NCBI GenBank assembly: GCA_035542215.1
Contig: DATKLW010000033.1
Span: 15,651 to 79,650 of the forward strand
Direction of reading: 5' to 3'
From: Thermoanaerobaculia bacterium
GTDB lineage: Bacteria; Acidobacteriota; Thermoanaerobaculia; UBA5066
DNA: 64,000 nt
Both the position numbers and the translations under genes were made by a program. This document shows, one piece after another, positions 37,421-47,278 of the stretch. Positions within the stretch are counted from its first letter, which is position 1; every line of letters begins with the position of its first letter. Under the pieces are notes generated by a model, which saw only the letters and a program-made list of their open reading frames with translations, was not told the DNA's origin and ran no database searches.

Positions 37421-38155
37421 TTGAGCACGGGCACCACGGGGGCGTTGGACAGGCTGTTTCTTCTCCAGGAAGTTCTCATCGAGGTCCACCAGAAAATCGA
37501 GAAACGGGCGAAGACGCCCGAGCACCTCGCGCACGTCGAGGCCGCGTATCGGGAGGCGCGCGCGCAGCGCGAGGAGAACGAAAAGACGCTGGCCCGGGCC
37601 GGGGAGCGCAGGAAAGCTCTCGAAGGCGAGATCCTGGACCTGAACGAGAAGCTCAAGAAATACCAGACTCAGCTCCAGTCCGTGAAGACGAACCGCGAGT
37701 ACGGCGCCCTCCTGAACGAGCTCGACGTCGTGAAGCGCGACGTGAGGACACGCGAAGACGAGATCCTCGCGCTCGAGGAGACCTCGGCGGCCGCCGCCGC
37801 GGAGCTCGAGCGCCGCAACGAGGCCTTCCCCGCCGAGGAAGCGGGCTACGAAGAGCAGATGAAGGAGTGGCGCGCCGAGCAGGCGCTCCTCACCGACGAG
37901 ATCGCGAAGGCCGAGGCGCAGGCGAAGGCGCTCCGCGAGGAGCTCGACCACCGGCTCCTCTCGACGTTCGACCGGCTCTCCCGAGTCCGCGCGGGGATCG
38001 CGGTCGCGAAGGTCGACATGGTGGGCACGCAGACCGCGGCCTGCTCGGCCTGCCACGTGCGGCTCCGGCCGCAGCTCCTCTCGGACCTGCGCCTCGGGCG
38101 CGAGACCGTGACCTGCGAGAGCTGCAAGCGCATCCTCTACTGGGCGGGCGCATGA
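37421..38155 (+). CDS. DUF164-type C4 zinc-ribbon coiled-coil protein
   Basis: Long coiled-coil followed by CSACHVRL...CESCKRILY zinc ribbon; TTG start per track. Confidence 0.65.
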   Translation: MSTGTTGALDRLFLLQEVLIEVHQKIEKRAKTPEHLAHVEAAYREARAQREENEKTLARAGERRKALEGEILDLNEKLKKYQTQLQSVKTNREYGALLNELDVVKRDVRTREDEILALEETSAAAAAELERRNEAFPAEEAGYEEQMKEWRAEQALLTDEIAKAEAQAKALREELDHRLLSTFDRLSRVRAGIAVAKVDMVGTQTAACSACHVRLRPQLLSDLRLGRETVTCESCKRILYWAGA

Positions 38156-38619
38156 CGGCCGCGGGGCGACGCGCGGGCGGCGCCGCTCCCGCTCCCGCCG
38201 CCGCTCCCCTCGTCCTCTACTTCGACGGGGCCTCGAGAGGGAACCCCGGGCCGTCCGCGTACGGCGTGTGGTCGCCCTCGGGCCTCGAGGCGTCCGCGGC
38301 CCTCGGAACGACGACGAACAACGTCGCCGAGTGGCGCGGCTTCCTCGCCGCGCTGGACCTCGCGATGGCGTCGGGCGCCGAGGACGTCGAGATCCGCGCG
38401 GACAGCCAGCTCGTGCTCCGCCAGTTCTCCGGTGAGTACCGGATGAAGGCGCCGCACCTCGCGGCATACCTGACGGAGGCGCGGGCCAAGGCGCGAAAAC
38501 TGCGCCGGCTGCGCGTTCTTCACGTGCCGCGCGCGGAGAACCACGAGGCGGACGCCCTCGCGAACCGCGCCCTCGACGCCGAGGCGCGGCGCGCCCGGGG
38601 GCACCGGACGCTCGCGTGA
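38152..38619 (+). CDS. rnhA: Ribonuclease HI
   Basis: LVLYFDGASRGNPGPSAYG...NNVAEWRGFL...HEADALAN catalytic DEDD-like motifs. ATG overlaps upstream stop. Confidence 0.85.
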   Translation: MTAAGRRAGGAAPAPAAAPLVLYFDGASRGNPGPSAYGVWSPSGLEASAALGTTTNNVAEWRGFLAALDLAMASGAEDVEIRADSQLVLRQFSGEYRMKAPHLAAYLTEARAKARKLRRLRVLHVPRAENHEADALANRALDAEARRARGHRTLA

Positions 38620-39290
38620 CCCGGGCGGCGGAGATCGCGCAGCGCGTGGCGGACGTCCGCGGCCGGATCGCCCAGGCCGAGCGCCGCGCCGGACGCGCGC
38701 CCGGCTCGGTCACCCTCGTCGCCGTCGGGAAGACGTACCCGCTCGACGACCTCCTCGCCGCCCAGGCCGCGGGCGTCGCGGCCTTCGGTGAGAACCGGGT
38801 CCAGGAAGCGGAGACGAAGTTTCCGTTCCTCGCGCCCGGCTCCGCGGCGCACCTGATCGGTCCGATCCAGTCGAACAAGGCGAACCGCGCCGCGAAAGTC
38901 GCGTCCGTCGTCCAGACGCTCGACTCCGAGGACCTCGCGCGCCGGATCGACCGTGCCGCCGCGGCGCTCGGGAAACGGCTCGGCGCTTTCGTGCAGGTGC
39001 GCCTCGGCGGCGAGGCGACGAAGTCGGGCGTCGAGCCCGGCGAGGCGGCCGGCCTCGTGGACGCCGTGCGGAGCCTCCCGAACCTCGACCTCGCCGGCCT
39101 CATGGCGATCCCGCCGCCCGGCGACACGCGCCCGCACTTCGCCGCGCTTCGGACGCTCGCGGAGTCGCTCGGCCTTTCCGGCCTCTCGATGGGGATGAGC
39201 GACGACTTCGAGGTCGCGATCGAGGAAGGGGCGACGCACGTTCGGGTAGGCAGCGCGATTTTCGGAGAGAGAAGAAAAGTCTTCGTCTAA
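38616..39290 (+). CDS. yggS: YggS-family pyridoxal-phosphate homeostasis protein
   Basis: VTLVAVGKTYP (PLP Lys), GENRVQE and IGPIQSNK motifs. Confidence 0.85.
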   Translation: MTRAAEIAQRVADVRGRIAQAERRAGRAPGSVTLVAVGKTYPLDDLLAAQAAGVAAFGENRVQEAETKFPFLAPGSAAHLIGPIQSNKANRAAKVASVVQTLDSEDLARRIDRAAAALGKRLGAFVQVRLGGEATKSGVEPGEAAGLVDAVRSLPNLDLAGLMAIPPPGDTRPHFAALRTLAESLGLSGLSMGMSDDFEVAIEEGATHVRVGSAIFGERRKVFV

Positions 39291-39300
39291 TCTCTCTCTC

Positions 39301-39972
39301 GTGAGTTCGCGTTACCAGATGCGCTTCGCGACGCCCCCGGGCTGGCGCCGGATTCCGCCCGTCACGCGCGCGCTCCTCGTCCTCGTCGTCGCCGGCTACC
39401 TCCTGACGCTCGCGGCTCCCGCCGCCGCGTTCTGGCTCGTCCTCTCGCCGGGCGACGTCCTCGCGGGACAGGTCTGGAGGCTCCTGACGTACGCCGTCGT
39501 GAACGGGTCCATCGGGGCCGTCCTCGTCGATCTCCTCCTGCTGTGGCAGCTGGGCAGCGAGATGGAGCCGCGGTGGGGATCGCGGCGGTTCGGGGCTTTC
39601 CTCGGGGTATCCACGCTTCTCGCGGGAGCGCTCGGGCTCCTCGTCGGGGGAGGAGCCGGCCTCGCGCCGACGGTTCTCGCGCTGATCTTCGCGTGGATGC
39701 TCGAGGGGCCTTCGCAGAGTCTCCTCTTCTTCGGAGTCTTCCCGATGACGAGGCTCGCCTTTGCCGCGCTCGCCTTCGTGCTCGTGGTCTTTTCCGAGCT
39801 CGAGGCGACGCGGTCTCCCCTTCGCCTTCTCTTCGTCCTCGGCGGGCTGCCGGTCGCGTGGCTCTTCGTGCGCGGTCCGCGCGGCGGTCCGCGCTTCCCG
39901 CGGATGCGGAATCCCTTCCGCCGACGGCGCTTCACCGTCGTCGGACCCGGGCGCGACTACCGGGTGCATTAG
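39301..39972 (+). CDS. Rhomboid-family-like membrane protein (active-site GxSG not evident)
   Basis: 6 TM; QVWRLLTYAVVNGS resembles the rhomboid WR motif. The expected GxSG is GGGAG here, so possibly inactive. Confidence 0.45.
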   Translation: MSSRYQMRFATPPGWRRIPPVTRALLVLVVAGYLLTLAAPAAAFWLVLSPGDVLAGQVWRLLTYAVVNGSIGAVLVDLLLLWQLGSEMEPRWGSRRFGAFLGVSTLLAGALGLLVGGGAGLAPTVLALIFAWMLEGPSQSLLFFGVFPMTRLAFAALAFVLVVFSELEATRSPLRLLFVLGGLPVAWLFVRGPRGGPRFPRMRNPFRRRRFTVVGPGRDYRVH

Positions 39973-40001
39973 GTTGACTACAAAGGCTTTATAATCCGGA
40001 A

Positions 40002-40523
40002 ATGCGCCCCACCATCAGCTCTCTCGAGATCCGCAAGAGACAGTTTCCGAAGCGCTTCCGCGGCGTCGACCCGGCCGAGGTCTCGCAGTTCCTCGAGGCT
40101 CTCGCGGAGGACTTCGAGGAGATGTCCCGCGAGATCGACGAGCTCGAGCGCGAGAACGCCCGGCTCAGGGACGAGAACGGCCGCCATCGCGAGACCGAGG
40201 TCACGCTCAAGGAGACGCTCCTCCTCGCCCAGCGCTCGGCCGACAGCCTCCGCGAGACGAGCGAGAAGGACGCCGGCCGCATCGTCGGCGAGGCTGAGAC
40301 GAAGGCCGACAAGATGGTCCAGCAGGCGCTCGACCGGATGGCGGAGACCGAGAAGAAGATCCGCGAGCTCCGCATGGAGCGCCGCAACTTCCACATCAAG
40401 TTCCAGGGGATGCTCGACCTCTTCCAGCAGGTCCTGAAGTTCGACAAGGAAGAGGACGAGATGGAGGCCTCGATCTCCGTCCACCGCCCGAAGCGCAAGG
40501 AAAGGGAAGGAGAGGCCGGCTGA
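40002..40523 (+). CDS. divIVA: DivIVA-domain protein
   Basis: N-terminal LEIRKRQFPKRFRGVDPAEVSQFLE lipid-binding/crossed-loop motif followed by coiled coil. Confidence 0.8.
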   Translation: MRPTISSLEIRKRQFPKRFRGVDPAEVSQFLEALAEDFEEMSREIDELERENARLRDENGRHRETEVTLKETLLLAQRSADSLRETSEKDAGRIVGEAETKADKMVQQALDRMAETEKKIRELRMERRNFHIKFQGMLDLFQQVLKFDKEEDEMEASISVHRPKRKEREGEAG

Positions 40524-41800
40524 CGTCCGTCCTGACGGTCCGGCACCTCGCGGAGCTCGCGACGCCGGAAGGGACCGCAGCCCGCGGCGGCGCCGCGCAG
40601 GGCGCGATCCGGCGCGTGACGGATGCGGCGCTGCGCTTCGAGGACGGGCGCATCGCGTTCGCCGGCACGGACACCGAGTTCGTCCGCCGTTTCGGCGAAT
40701 CGCCGGTGCCGGGCGAGACGATCCTCGACGGGCGCGGCAAGACGGCCGTTCCCGGTTTCGTCGACGCGCACACGCATCTCCCGTGGGACGGCTTTCGCGA
40801 GGACGAGTTCAACCGGCGCCTCAAGGGCGAGACGTACGCCGGAATCGCGGCATCGGGCGGCGGCATCGTCGCGACGGTCGCCTCGACGCGCGCCGCCCCG
40901 GTCGAGACGCTCGCCGCCAACGTCAGGGAGCGGCTCGACCGGATGCTCGCCCACGGGACGACGTTCTGCGAAGCGAAGACGGGCTACGGCCTCGACCTCG
41001 CGAACGAGAGGAAGCAGCTCGCCGCGATCCTCGTGGGCGCGAAGGGCCACGCCGTCGGCGTCGCGCCCACGGCGCTGCCCGCGCACGAGCTCCCGCCCGA
41101 GAGGCGCGGATCGGACGCGCTCCGGCGCCGTTACGTCGACGAATGCGTGAAGGAGATCCTCCCGGCGCTCGCGGAAGACGGCGCCCGCTTCGCGGACGTC
41201 TTCTGCGAAGAGGGCGTCTTCTCCCTCGCCGAGTCGGCCGAGATCCTCGAGACGGGGAAGTCCCTCGGCCTCGTCCCGCGCGTCCACGCCGACGAGCTCA
41301 CGCCGCTCGGCGGCGCCTCGCTCGCGGCGCGCGTCGGCGCCGCATCGGCCGACCACCTCCTCTATGCGACGGACGATGGCATCTCCGATATGGCGGAGGC
41401 CGGCGTCGTCGCGACGCTCCTCCCAGGCACGTCCGTCTTCCTGCGCATGAACCGTTACGCGCCGGCGCGGAAGATGATCGCCGCGGGCGTGCCGGTCGCG
41501 CTCGGGACGGACTGCAACCCCGGGTCGTCGTACACGGAGTCGCTGCCCGCTGTTGCGTTCCTCGCGTCCGTCGGAATGGGGCTCACGGTGGAAGAGACGC
41601 TCACCGCGATGACGCTGAACGCAGCGGCCTCGCTCGGCGAGGGCGCACGCCGCGGCACGCTCGAGGCCGGAAAGGCCGGCGACGCGGTCCTCCTCGACGG
41701 CCCGTCCCTCGAGCACCTCGTCTACCACTGGGGCGTCAACCTCGTGGCGGACGTCGTCGCGGCCGGCCGCCACGTCGTGCGCCGCGGCCTGCTACGCTGA
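40523..41800 (+). CDS. hutI: Imidazolonepropionase
   Basis: VPGFVDAHTHL, metal-binding His/Asp. The tracked GTG at 40616 truncates ~30 conserved N-terminal residues (VLTVRHLAELATPEG...). The upstream frame is open only from CTG 40520/40532, overlapping the divIVA stop. Confidence 0.8.
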   Translation, partial: TSVLTVRHLAELATPEGTAARGGAAQGAIRRVTDAALRFEDGRIAFAGTDTEFVRRFGESPVPGETILDGRGKTAVPGFVDAHTHLPWDGFREDEFNRRLKGETYAGIAASGGGIVATVASTRAAPVETLAANVRERLDRMLAHGTTFCEAKTGYGLDLANERKQLAAILVGAKGHAVGVAPTALPAHELPPERRGSDALRRRYVDECVKEILPALAEDGARFADVFCEEGVFSLAESAEILETGKSLGLVPRVHADELTPLGGASLAARVGAASADHLLYATDDGISDMAEAGVVATLLPGTSVFLRMNRYAPARKMIAAGVPVALGTDCNPGSSYTESLPAVAFLASVGMGLTVEETLTAMTLNAAASLGEGARRGTLEAGKAGDAVLLDGPSLEHLVYHWGVNLVADVVAAGRHVVRRGLLR

Positions 41801-41804
41801 GGGC

Positions 41805-42443
41805 ATGAGCCGCCTCGCCTCCCTTTCCATCGAAGACTTCGCCGCCGCCCTCGCCTCCGACAGTCCCGCCCCCGGCGGCGGCTCGGCCGCGGCCGCCGGC
41901 GGGGCGAACGGCGCGGGCCTCCTCGCGATGGTCGTCCGCCTGACGCTCGGCAAGGAGAAGTACAAGGCCGCGTGGGAGGAGCTCGCCCCGCTCGTCGACC
42001 GGCTGGACGGCGCGCGCAAGCGCCTCCTCGAGCTGATCGACGAGGACACGAAGGCCTTCGACGGGATCCTCGCCGCCCGGCGGCTTCCGAAGGAGACGGA
42101 CGCGGACAAGGCCGCGCGCCAGAAAGCGATCGACGCCGCGAACATCCTCGCGACGACGGTGCCGATGCAGACCGCGTTCTTCGCGCACGAGGCGCTGAAG
42201 GCGGCGCCGCTCGTCCTCGAGAAGGGCAACCCGAACTGCGCGTCGGACGCGTGGGCCGGCGCGCTCGCGGCGTGGGCGGCCGTCCTCGCCGCGCTCGCGA
42301 ACGTCAGGATCAACCTGCCCGGCGTTTCGGACGCCGATCTTGCGCGCGGTTTCCGCGAGGACGCGGACCTGATGGAGAAGACGGCCGGCGAAACGCTCGA
42401 GAAGGCCCGCACGCTCGCCCGCGCAAGCGGCCTCGCCTCCTGA
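41805..42443 (+). CDS. Formiminotransferase-cyclodeaminase C-terminal-domain (cyclodeaminase/cyclohydrolase) family protein
   Basis: 212 aa, all-helical FTCD_C-like (…SPAPGGGSAAAAGGANGAGLLAMVVRLT…). Adjacent to hutI, consistent with formimino-THF handling. Confidence 0.7.
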   Translation: MSRLASLSIEDFAAALASDSPAPGGGSAAAAGGANGAGLLAMVVRLTLGKEKYKAAWEELAPLVDRLDGARKRLLELIDEDTKAFDGILAARRLPKETDADKAARQKAIDAANILATTVPMQTAFFAHEALKAAPLVLEKGNPNCASDAWAGALAAWAAVLAALANVRINLPGVSDADLARGFREDADLMEKTAGETLEKARTLARASGLAS

Positions 42444-42447
42444 CGGT

Positions 42448-43560
42448 TCAGCCCGCGCGCCGCTCCTCGAGCCAGTCCGCGAAGCGGTCGCGCGACCATG
42501 TGTTCACGACGCGCTCGGCGGGGACGCCCGCGAGGCGCGCGACGGCGAGGCCGTAGTCGAGGAACGACAGGTGCGCCGCGGCGTGCGCGTCGCTCGAGAT
42601 CGAGAACAGGCAGCCGGCGGCCGCGGCGAGCCGCGCGAGCGTGGGCGGAAGGTCGAGGCGCTCGGGGCAGCCGTTCAGCTCGATCGCGACGCCGAGCCCG
42701 GCGGCGCGCTCGAAGACGCGCGGCCAATCGGCGCGCACGCCGCTCCGGAGGTCGTAGAGGCGGCCCTTCGGGTGGCCGAGGACGGCGACGCCCGGCGTTT
42801 CGATCGCGCGGACGAGGCGCGCGGTCTGGTCGCGCCCGCTCCGGAGGTCCGTGTGGACGGACGCGACGACGGCGTCGAGCTCGGGGACGGTTTTCGGCGT
42901 GACGTCGAGCGAGCCGTCCTCCGCGATGTTCGCCTCGGCCCCCACGAACATCTCGAACATGCCCGCGCGCGTGTTCAGGGCGTCCACCTCGCGCCGCTGA
43001 GCCCGGAAGTCGGCGGGGAAGAGACCTCCCGCCACCGCGCAGTCACGCGCGTGGTCCGTCAGCAGGGCGTACGAGTCGCCGCGGGCCTCGAGCGCGCGGT
43101 GGAGCGCGCCGAGCGCCATCCGGCCGTCCGAGCGGTCCGTGTGCAGGTGCGCGTCGCCGCGCAGGTCCGCGTGCGAGATCCCGCCCGGCGCCGACAGGAT
43201 TCGGTCGACGTCGGCGCGCGAGAGGAAGTCCGCTTTCCGGTGCGCGGCGGGGTCGGCGCGGTCCAGCATCGCCGCGAGCGCGTCGCCGACGTTCTCGTCC
43301 GAGCCGCAGGCGAGGAAGGACGCGATCGCGTCGGCGGCCCGGGGCGACACGCCCGGCAGCGCGCCGACCGAGATCCGCCGCCCGAAGAGATCCGCGTCCA
43401 GCTGCCTGAGAGTCCGCGCCGCGGCGCGGTACTCGGCGGCCCCGCGGCTCAACGGGTCCTCGGCGGCGGCCAGCGCGAGAAGCGCGGACGCGACCCGGCC
43501 ATTCGTCACCGGAGGCGCCGCGGGAAGGGAAGAGCCGGAGGGAGACGGGAGAGCCGACAT
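42448..43560 (-). CDS. PHP-domain phosphoesterase with N-terminal HhH/PolX-thumb-like region (PolX C-terminal-like, no polymerase domain)
   Basis: GDAHLHTDRSDG and VLGHPKGRL, SISSDAHA PHP motifs. N-terminal ~120 aa resembles a PolX HhH region. Confidence 0.6.
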   Translation of the reverse strand: MSALPSPSGSSLPAAPPVTNGRVASALLALAAAEDPLSRGAAEYRAAARTLRQLDADLFGRRISVGALPGVSPRAADAIASFLACGSDENVGDALAAMLDRADPAAHRKADFLSRADVDRILSAPGGISHADLRGDAHLHTDRSDGRMALGALHRALEARGDSYALLTDHARDCAVAGGLFPADFRAQRREVDALNTRAGMFEMFVGAEANIAEDGSLDVTPKTVPELDAVVASVHTDLRSGRDQTARLVRAIETPGVAVLGHPKGRLYDLRSGVRADWPRVFERAAGLGVAIELNGCPERLDLPPTLARLAAAAGCLFSISSDAHAAAHLSFLDYGLAVARLAGVPAERVVNTWSRDRFADWLEERRAG

Positions 43561-43608
43561 CGCGCCTCGCCCCGATTCTACGTGCGCCGCGGATTAGACT
43601 CGCCCGCG

Positions 43609-46365
43609 ATGGCGAACCCCGAGAAGCCCACGCTCGCGCTGATCGACGCGTCCAACTATCTCTATCGCGCGTTTTACGCGATCCGCGGCCTCACCGGCCC
43701 CGGCGGCAGGCCGACGAACGCGGTCTACGGCTTCCTGAACATGTGGCGGAAGTACGTCGCGGACCGCAAGCCCGCGGCCGTCGCCGTGTGCTTCGACCGG
43801 TACGAGAAGACGTTCCGCGAGGAGCTGGACGCCGCGTACAAGGCGCAGCGCCAGGCCATGCCGGACGACCTCGTCCCGCAGATCGAGGACGCCAAGCGCC
43901 TCTGCCGCCTCCTCGGCCTCGCCGTCCTCGAGGAGCCGGGCTTCGAGGCCGACGACCTCATCGGCTCGATCGCGGTCGTCGCGAAGGAGGCCGGCTTCCG
44001 CGCCGAGATCTGCTCGGCGGACAAGGATCTCTTCCAGCTCGTGGCGGACCCGGACGTCGCGGTCTTCCACCCGGTCAAGGACCTCCTCCTCGACGAGGCG
44101 GGCGTCCTCGACTTCTTCGGCGTCAAGCCGTCGCAGGTCATCGACGTCCTCGCCCTCATGGGCGACTCGTCCGACAACATCCCGGGCGTCAAGGGCATCG
44201 GCGAGAAGACGGCCAAGGAGCTCGTCGGGACGTTCGGCTCTCTCGACGCCGTGTACGAGCGGCTGAACGAAGTCAAAGGGAAGAAGAGAGATCTCCTGGA
44301 AGGTGGAAGAGAGGACGCCCTGCGCTCGCGGGTTCTCGCGACCGTGCGCTGCGACCGCCCGCTCCCGGCCCCGAAGGACCGTCTCCTCGAGCATTTCCGA
44401 ATCCGTCCGGTCGAAGGTCAGGCCGTGAAGGAGCTCGCGGCGTTCTACGACGAGATGGGGTTCGGGAAGTTCAAGAAGGAGCTCGTCGAATCAGCCGGAC
44501 CGGCGAAGGGCCCTGCGGGAAAGGCGATGGCGTCTCCCGAGCCCTCGACCCTCTCACTTTTCGAAGAATCCCCCTCCTCGGACGCGTCTCGGGAGGGCCT
44601 GCGGTGGATCGCGGACGTCGCCGGCCTCGACGCGCTCGTTGCCGCGGCCGTGAAGGCGGGCCGGGCGTCCGTCCACGTCGAATGCGGGCCCGGTGCGCCG
44701 TGGCCCGCGCCGCCGCTCGCCGCCGCGGTCGCGGTCCCCGGCGGTGAGAGCGCCGCCTTCGCGCTCGACGCCTCCGGAGCGAAGGCGCTCGCGGCGCTCT
44801 TCGCAAAGGTCCCCGTCGTCGCGCACGACGCCAAGCGCCTCTTCCTCGCCGCCGACGCGCTCGGGATCGCGCCGCCCGCGCGCTATTTCGACACGATGCT
44901 CGCGAGCTACGTCGTGGCGCCGGGCATCCACGCGCACGACCTCGCGGGCGACGCGCGCGGCGTCCTTCAGCTCCCGCCGGAGAGCGTCCCGTCCGCGAAG
45001 GACCTGAACGGCGGCGAAGCGTCGTCCGCCGCGACGCTGGCCACCGAGGAGGGCCGCCGCTACCTCGCGCCGCGCGTGCTCCTGCCGCTCGCGCTCGCCG
45101 ACGCGCTCGCTCCGCGGCTCCGGGAGGGCTCGCCGCTCCTGCGCGTCCTCGAGGAGATCGAGGTCCCGCTCGTCCCGGTTCTCGCGCGGATGGAAAAGGC
45201 GGGAATCGCCGTGGATCGCGGCGTCCTCCTTGGCCTCTCGAAGGAGTTCGATTCCCGCCTCGCGGCGCTCGAGGCGAAAATCCACGAGGCGGCCGGGGAG
45301 CCGTTCAACATCGGGTCCCCGCTCCAGCTCGGCCGCGTCCTCTTCGAGAAGCTCGCCTACCCGGCGGGGAAGAAGACCGCGAAGACCAAGTCGTACGCGA
45401 CGGGGTCCGACGTCCTCGAGGAGCTCGCCGCGCTCTCGAGCGGACCCGTGCCGGCTCTCGTCCTCGAGTGGCGCGAGATCTCGAAGCTCAAGGGCACGTA
45501 CGTCGATGCATTGCCTGCCTGTCTCGCCTCGGACGGCCGCATCCACACGCGGTACGACCAGGCCGTCGCCGCGACGGGCCGCCTCTCCTCGAACGCGCCG
45601 AACCTCCAGAACATCCCCGTGCGGACGGAGGCCGGCCGCTCGATCCGCCGCGCCTTCGTCGCCGCGCCGGGGACGAAGCTCGTCGCCGCGGACTACTCGC
45701 AGATCGAGCTCCGGATCCTCGCGCACCTCTCCGGCGACGAGGCGCTGATCGACGTCTTCCGGCGCGGCGAGGACATCCACCGCGCGACCGCCGCGAAGAT
45801 CTTCGGGATCGACCCCGCGCTCGTCACGCCGGATCAGCGCCGCGGCGCCAAAACGATCAACTTCGGCGTCCTGTACGGGATGGGGCCGTTCGCGCTCGCG
45901 GCGCAGCTCGGCGTCCCGCGCGCGGAGGCGAAGGAGTTCATCGCGGCCTATTTCGACAGGTTCCCGAAGATCCGGGCGTGCCTCGACGCGATCCTCGAGA
46001 AGGCGCGGGCGACGGGAGGGACCGAGACGATCTTCGGGCGCGTGCGCCCGATCCCCGGCCTCCACGACCGCAACCACAACGTGCGCGCGAACGCCGAGCG
46101 CATGGCGATGAACGCGCCCTTCCAGGGCTCGGCGGCCGATCTCATCAAGATCGCGATGCTCGCGCTCGACAAGGCGCTCGCGGACGAGCTTCCCGGCGTC
46201 CGGCTCCTCCTGCAGGTCCACGACGAGCTCGTCCTCGAGGCGCCGGCGGCGCTCGTGGAGAAGGCGGCGGCCGTCGCGCGGCGCACGATGGAAGGCGCCG
46301 CGAGCCTGAGCGTGCCGCTCACGGTGGACGTGGGAACCGGTCTCAACTGGGCGGAAGCAAAGTAG
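43609..46365 (+). CDS. polA: DNA polymerase I
   Basis: 5'-3' exonuclease N-terminus (LIDASNYLYRAFYA...), polymerase motifs A (DYSQIELRILAH), B (RRGAKTINFGVLYG) and C (LQVHDELVLE). The track ORF has a spurious N-terminal extension. Confidence 0.9.
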   Translation: MANPEKPTLALIDASNYLYRAFYAIRGLTGPGGRPTNAVYGFLNMWRKYVADRKPAAVAVCFDRYEKTFREELDAAYKAQRQAMPDDLVPQIEDAKRLCRLLGLAVLEEPGFEADDLIGSIAVVAKEAGFRAEICSADKDLFQLVADPDVAVFHPVKDLLLDEAGVLDFFGVKPSQVIDVLALMGDSSDNIPGVKGIGEKTAKELVGTFGSLDAVYERLNEVKGKKRDLLEGGREDALRSRVLATVRCDRPLPAPKDRLLEHFRIRPVEGQAVKELAAFYDEMGFGKFKKELVESAGPAKGPAGKAMASPEPSTLSLFEESPSSDASREGLRWIADVAGLDALVAAAVKAGRASVHVECGPGAPWPAPPLAAAVAVPGGESAAFALDASGAKALAALFAKVPVVAHDAKRLFLAADALGIAPPARYFDTMLASYVVAPGIHAHDLAGDARGVLQLPPESVPSAKDLNGGEASSAATLATEEGRRYLAPRVLLPLALADALAPRLREGSPLLRVLEEIEVPLVPVLARMEKAGIAVDRGVLLGLSKEFDSRLAALEAKIHEAAGEPFNIGSPLQLGRVLFEKLAYPAGKKTAKTKSYATGSDVLEELAALSSGPVPALVLEWREISKLKGTYVDALPACLASDGRIHTRYDQAVAATGRLSSNAPNLQNIPVRTEAGRSIRRAFVAAPGTKLVAADYSQIELRILAHLSGDEALIDVFRRGEDIHRATAAKIFGIDPALVTPDQRRGAKTINFGVLYGMGPFALAAQLGVPRAEAKEFIAAYFDRFPKIRACLDAILEKARATGGTETIFGRVRPIPGLHDRNHNVRANAERMAMNAPFQGSAADLIKIAMLALDKALADELPGVRLLLQVHDELVLEAPAALVEKAAAVARRTMEGAASLSVPLTVDVGTGLNWAEAK

Positions 46366-46393
46366 GAACCCGGCAAGGCCCTAGAATCGGTCC

Positions 46394-47278
46394 ATGCGGA
46401 GGCTCTGCGGGATCCTCGTCGCGGCGGCCGCCCTCGCCGCAAGCGGTGCGCTGCACGCGCAGGCGCCGGCGCTGAAGCCCGTGGAGGTTCTGCCCGACCC
46501 GGTGCGCCCGGCTCTCGCCGAGATCGCCTACTCCCATCCCCTGTTCGTTCCTCTCGACGAGCCGCCGAAGGTCGTCGCGCGACTCAACCCGGCCGACCTC
46601 GAAGTGCGCGTCCCGCTCGCCCTCGCCGTTCGCGTCCTCGAGACCGGGAAGGTGAGCGAGATCGCCGCGGTGGAGCCTCCCCTCAAAGCGTTCACGACGC
46701 CGCTCCCGACGCTCGCCCCGAAGTGGCGCTACGTGCCGCCGACGAAGGGCGGGCGGCCCGTCGCCACGTGGGCGACGCAGATCCTCGAATTGAACGTCTC
46801 TCTCGAGAAGGGCGTCTTCAGCGCGTTTGCGCTCGACCCGCTCAAGAAGGACGACCCTCTCGCGAAGGTCTTCCGCGAGAGTGCCGGCGACGCCTGGATG
46901 GCGCGGTATCCGGCCGCGATCGACCCGAAGGACGAAGGGGCCGTCTCCGTGGAGGAGCTCGACGCGCTCCCCGCCGCCGAGAAGACGCCGTGGAGCTTCG
47001 ACGCGACGCGCCAGCGCACCCGGGTGACCGCTCTCGTCGAAATCTCGGACCAGGGCGGCGTCTCCCGGATCCTCGCGACGGGCGACGCCGAGCCCCTCCT
47101 CGTGCGCTGGCTGAAGGAGAGCGCCGCGAAGTGGAAGTTCACCCCCGGCAAGGCGGGCGGCAAGCCCGTGGCCTCGTGGATGACGCTCGACGCGACGCTG
47201 GACTACACGATCGACTCGGCGAAGAAGAAAGCCGAGCGCAGCCTGAAGAAGAACCTGCGCTCTATTCCACCTTCCTGA
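46394..47278 (+). CDS. Secreted protein with two TonB C-terminal-like domains
   Basis: Signal peptide. Two repeats ending ...KWRYVPPTKGGRPVATWATQIL and ...KWKFTPGKAGGKPVASWMTLDATLDY, as in TonB_C. Confidence 0.5.
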   Translation: MRRLCGILVAAAALAASGALHAQAPALKPVEVLPDPVRPALAEIAYSHPLFVPLDEPPKVVARLNPADLEVRVPLALAVRVLETGKVSEIAAVEPPLKAFTTPLPTLAPKWRYVPPTKGGRPVATWATQILELNVSLEKGVFSAFALDPLKKDDPLAKVFRESAGDAWMARYPAAIDPKDEGAVSVEELDALPAAEKTPWSFDATRQRTRVTALVEISDQGGVSRILATGDAEPLLVRWLKESAAKWKFTPGKAGGKPVASWMTLDATLDYTIDSAKKKAERSLKKNLRSIPPS

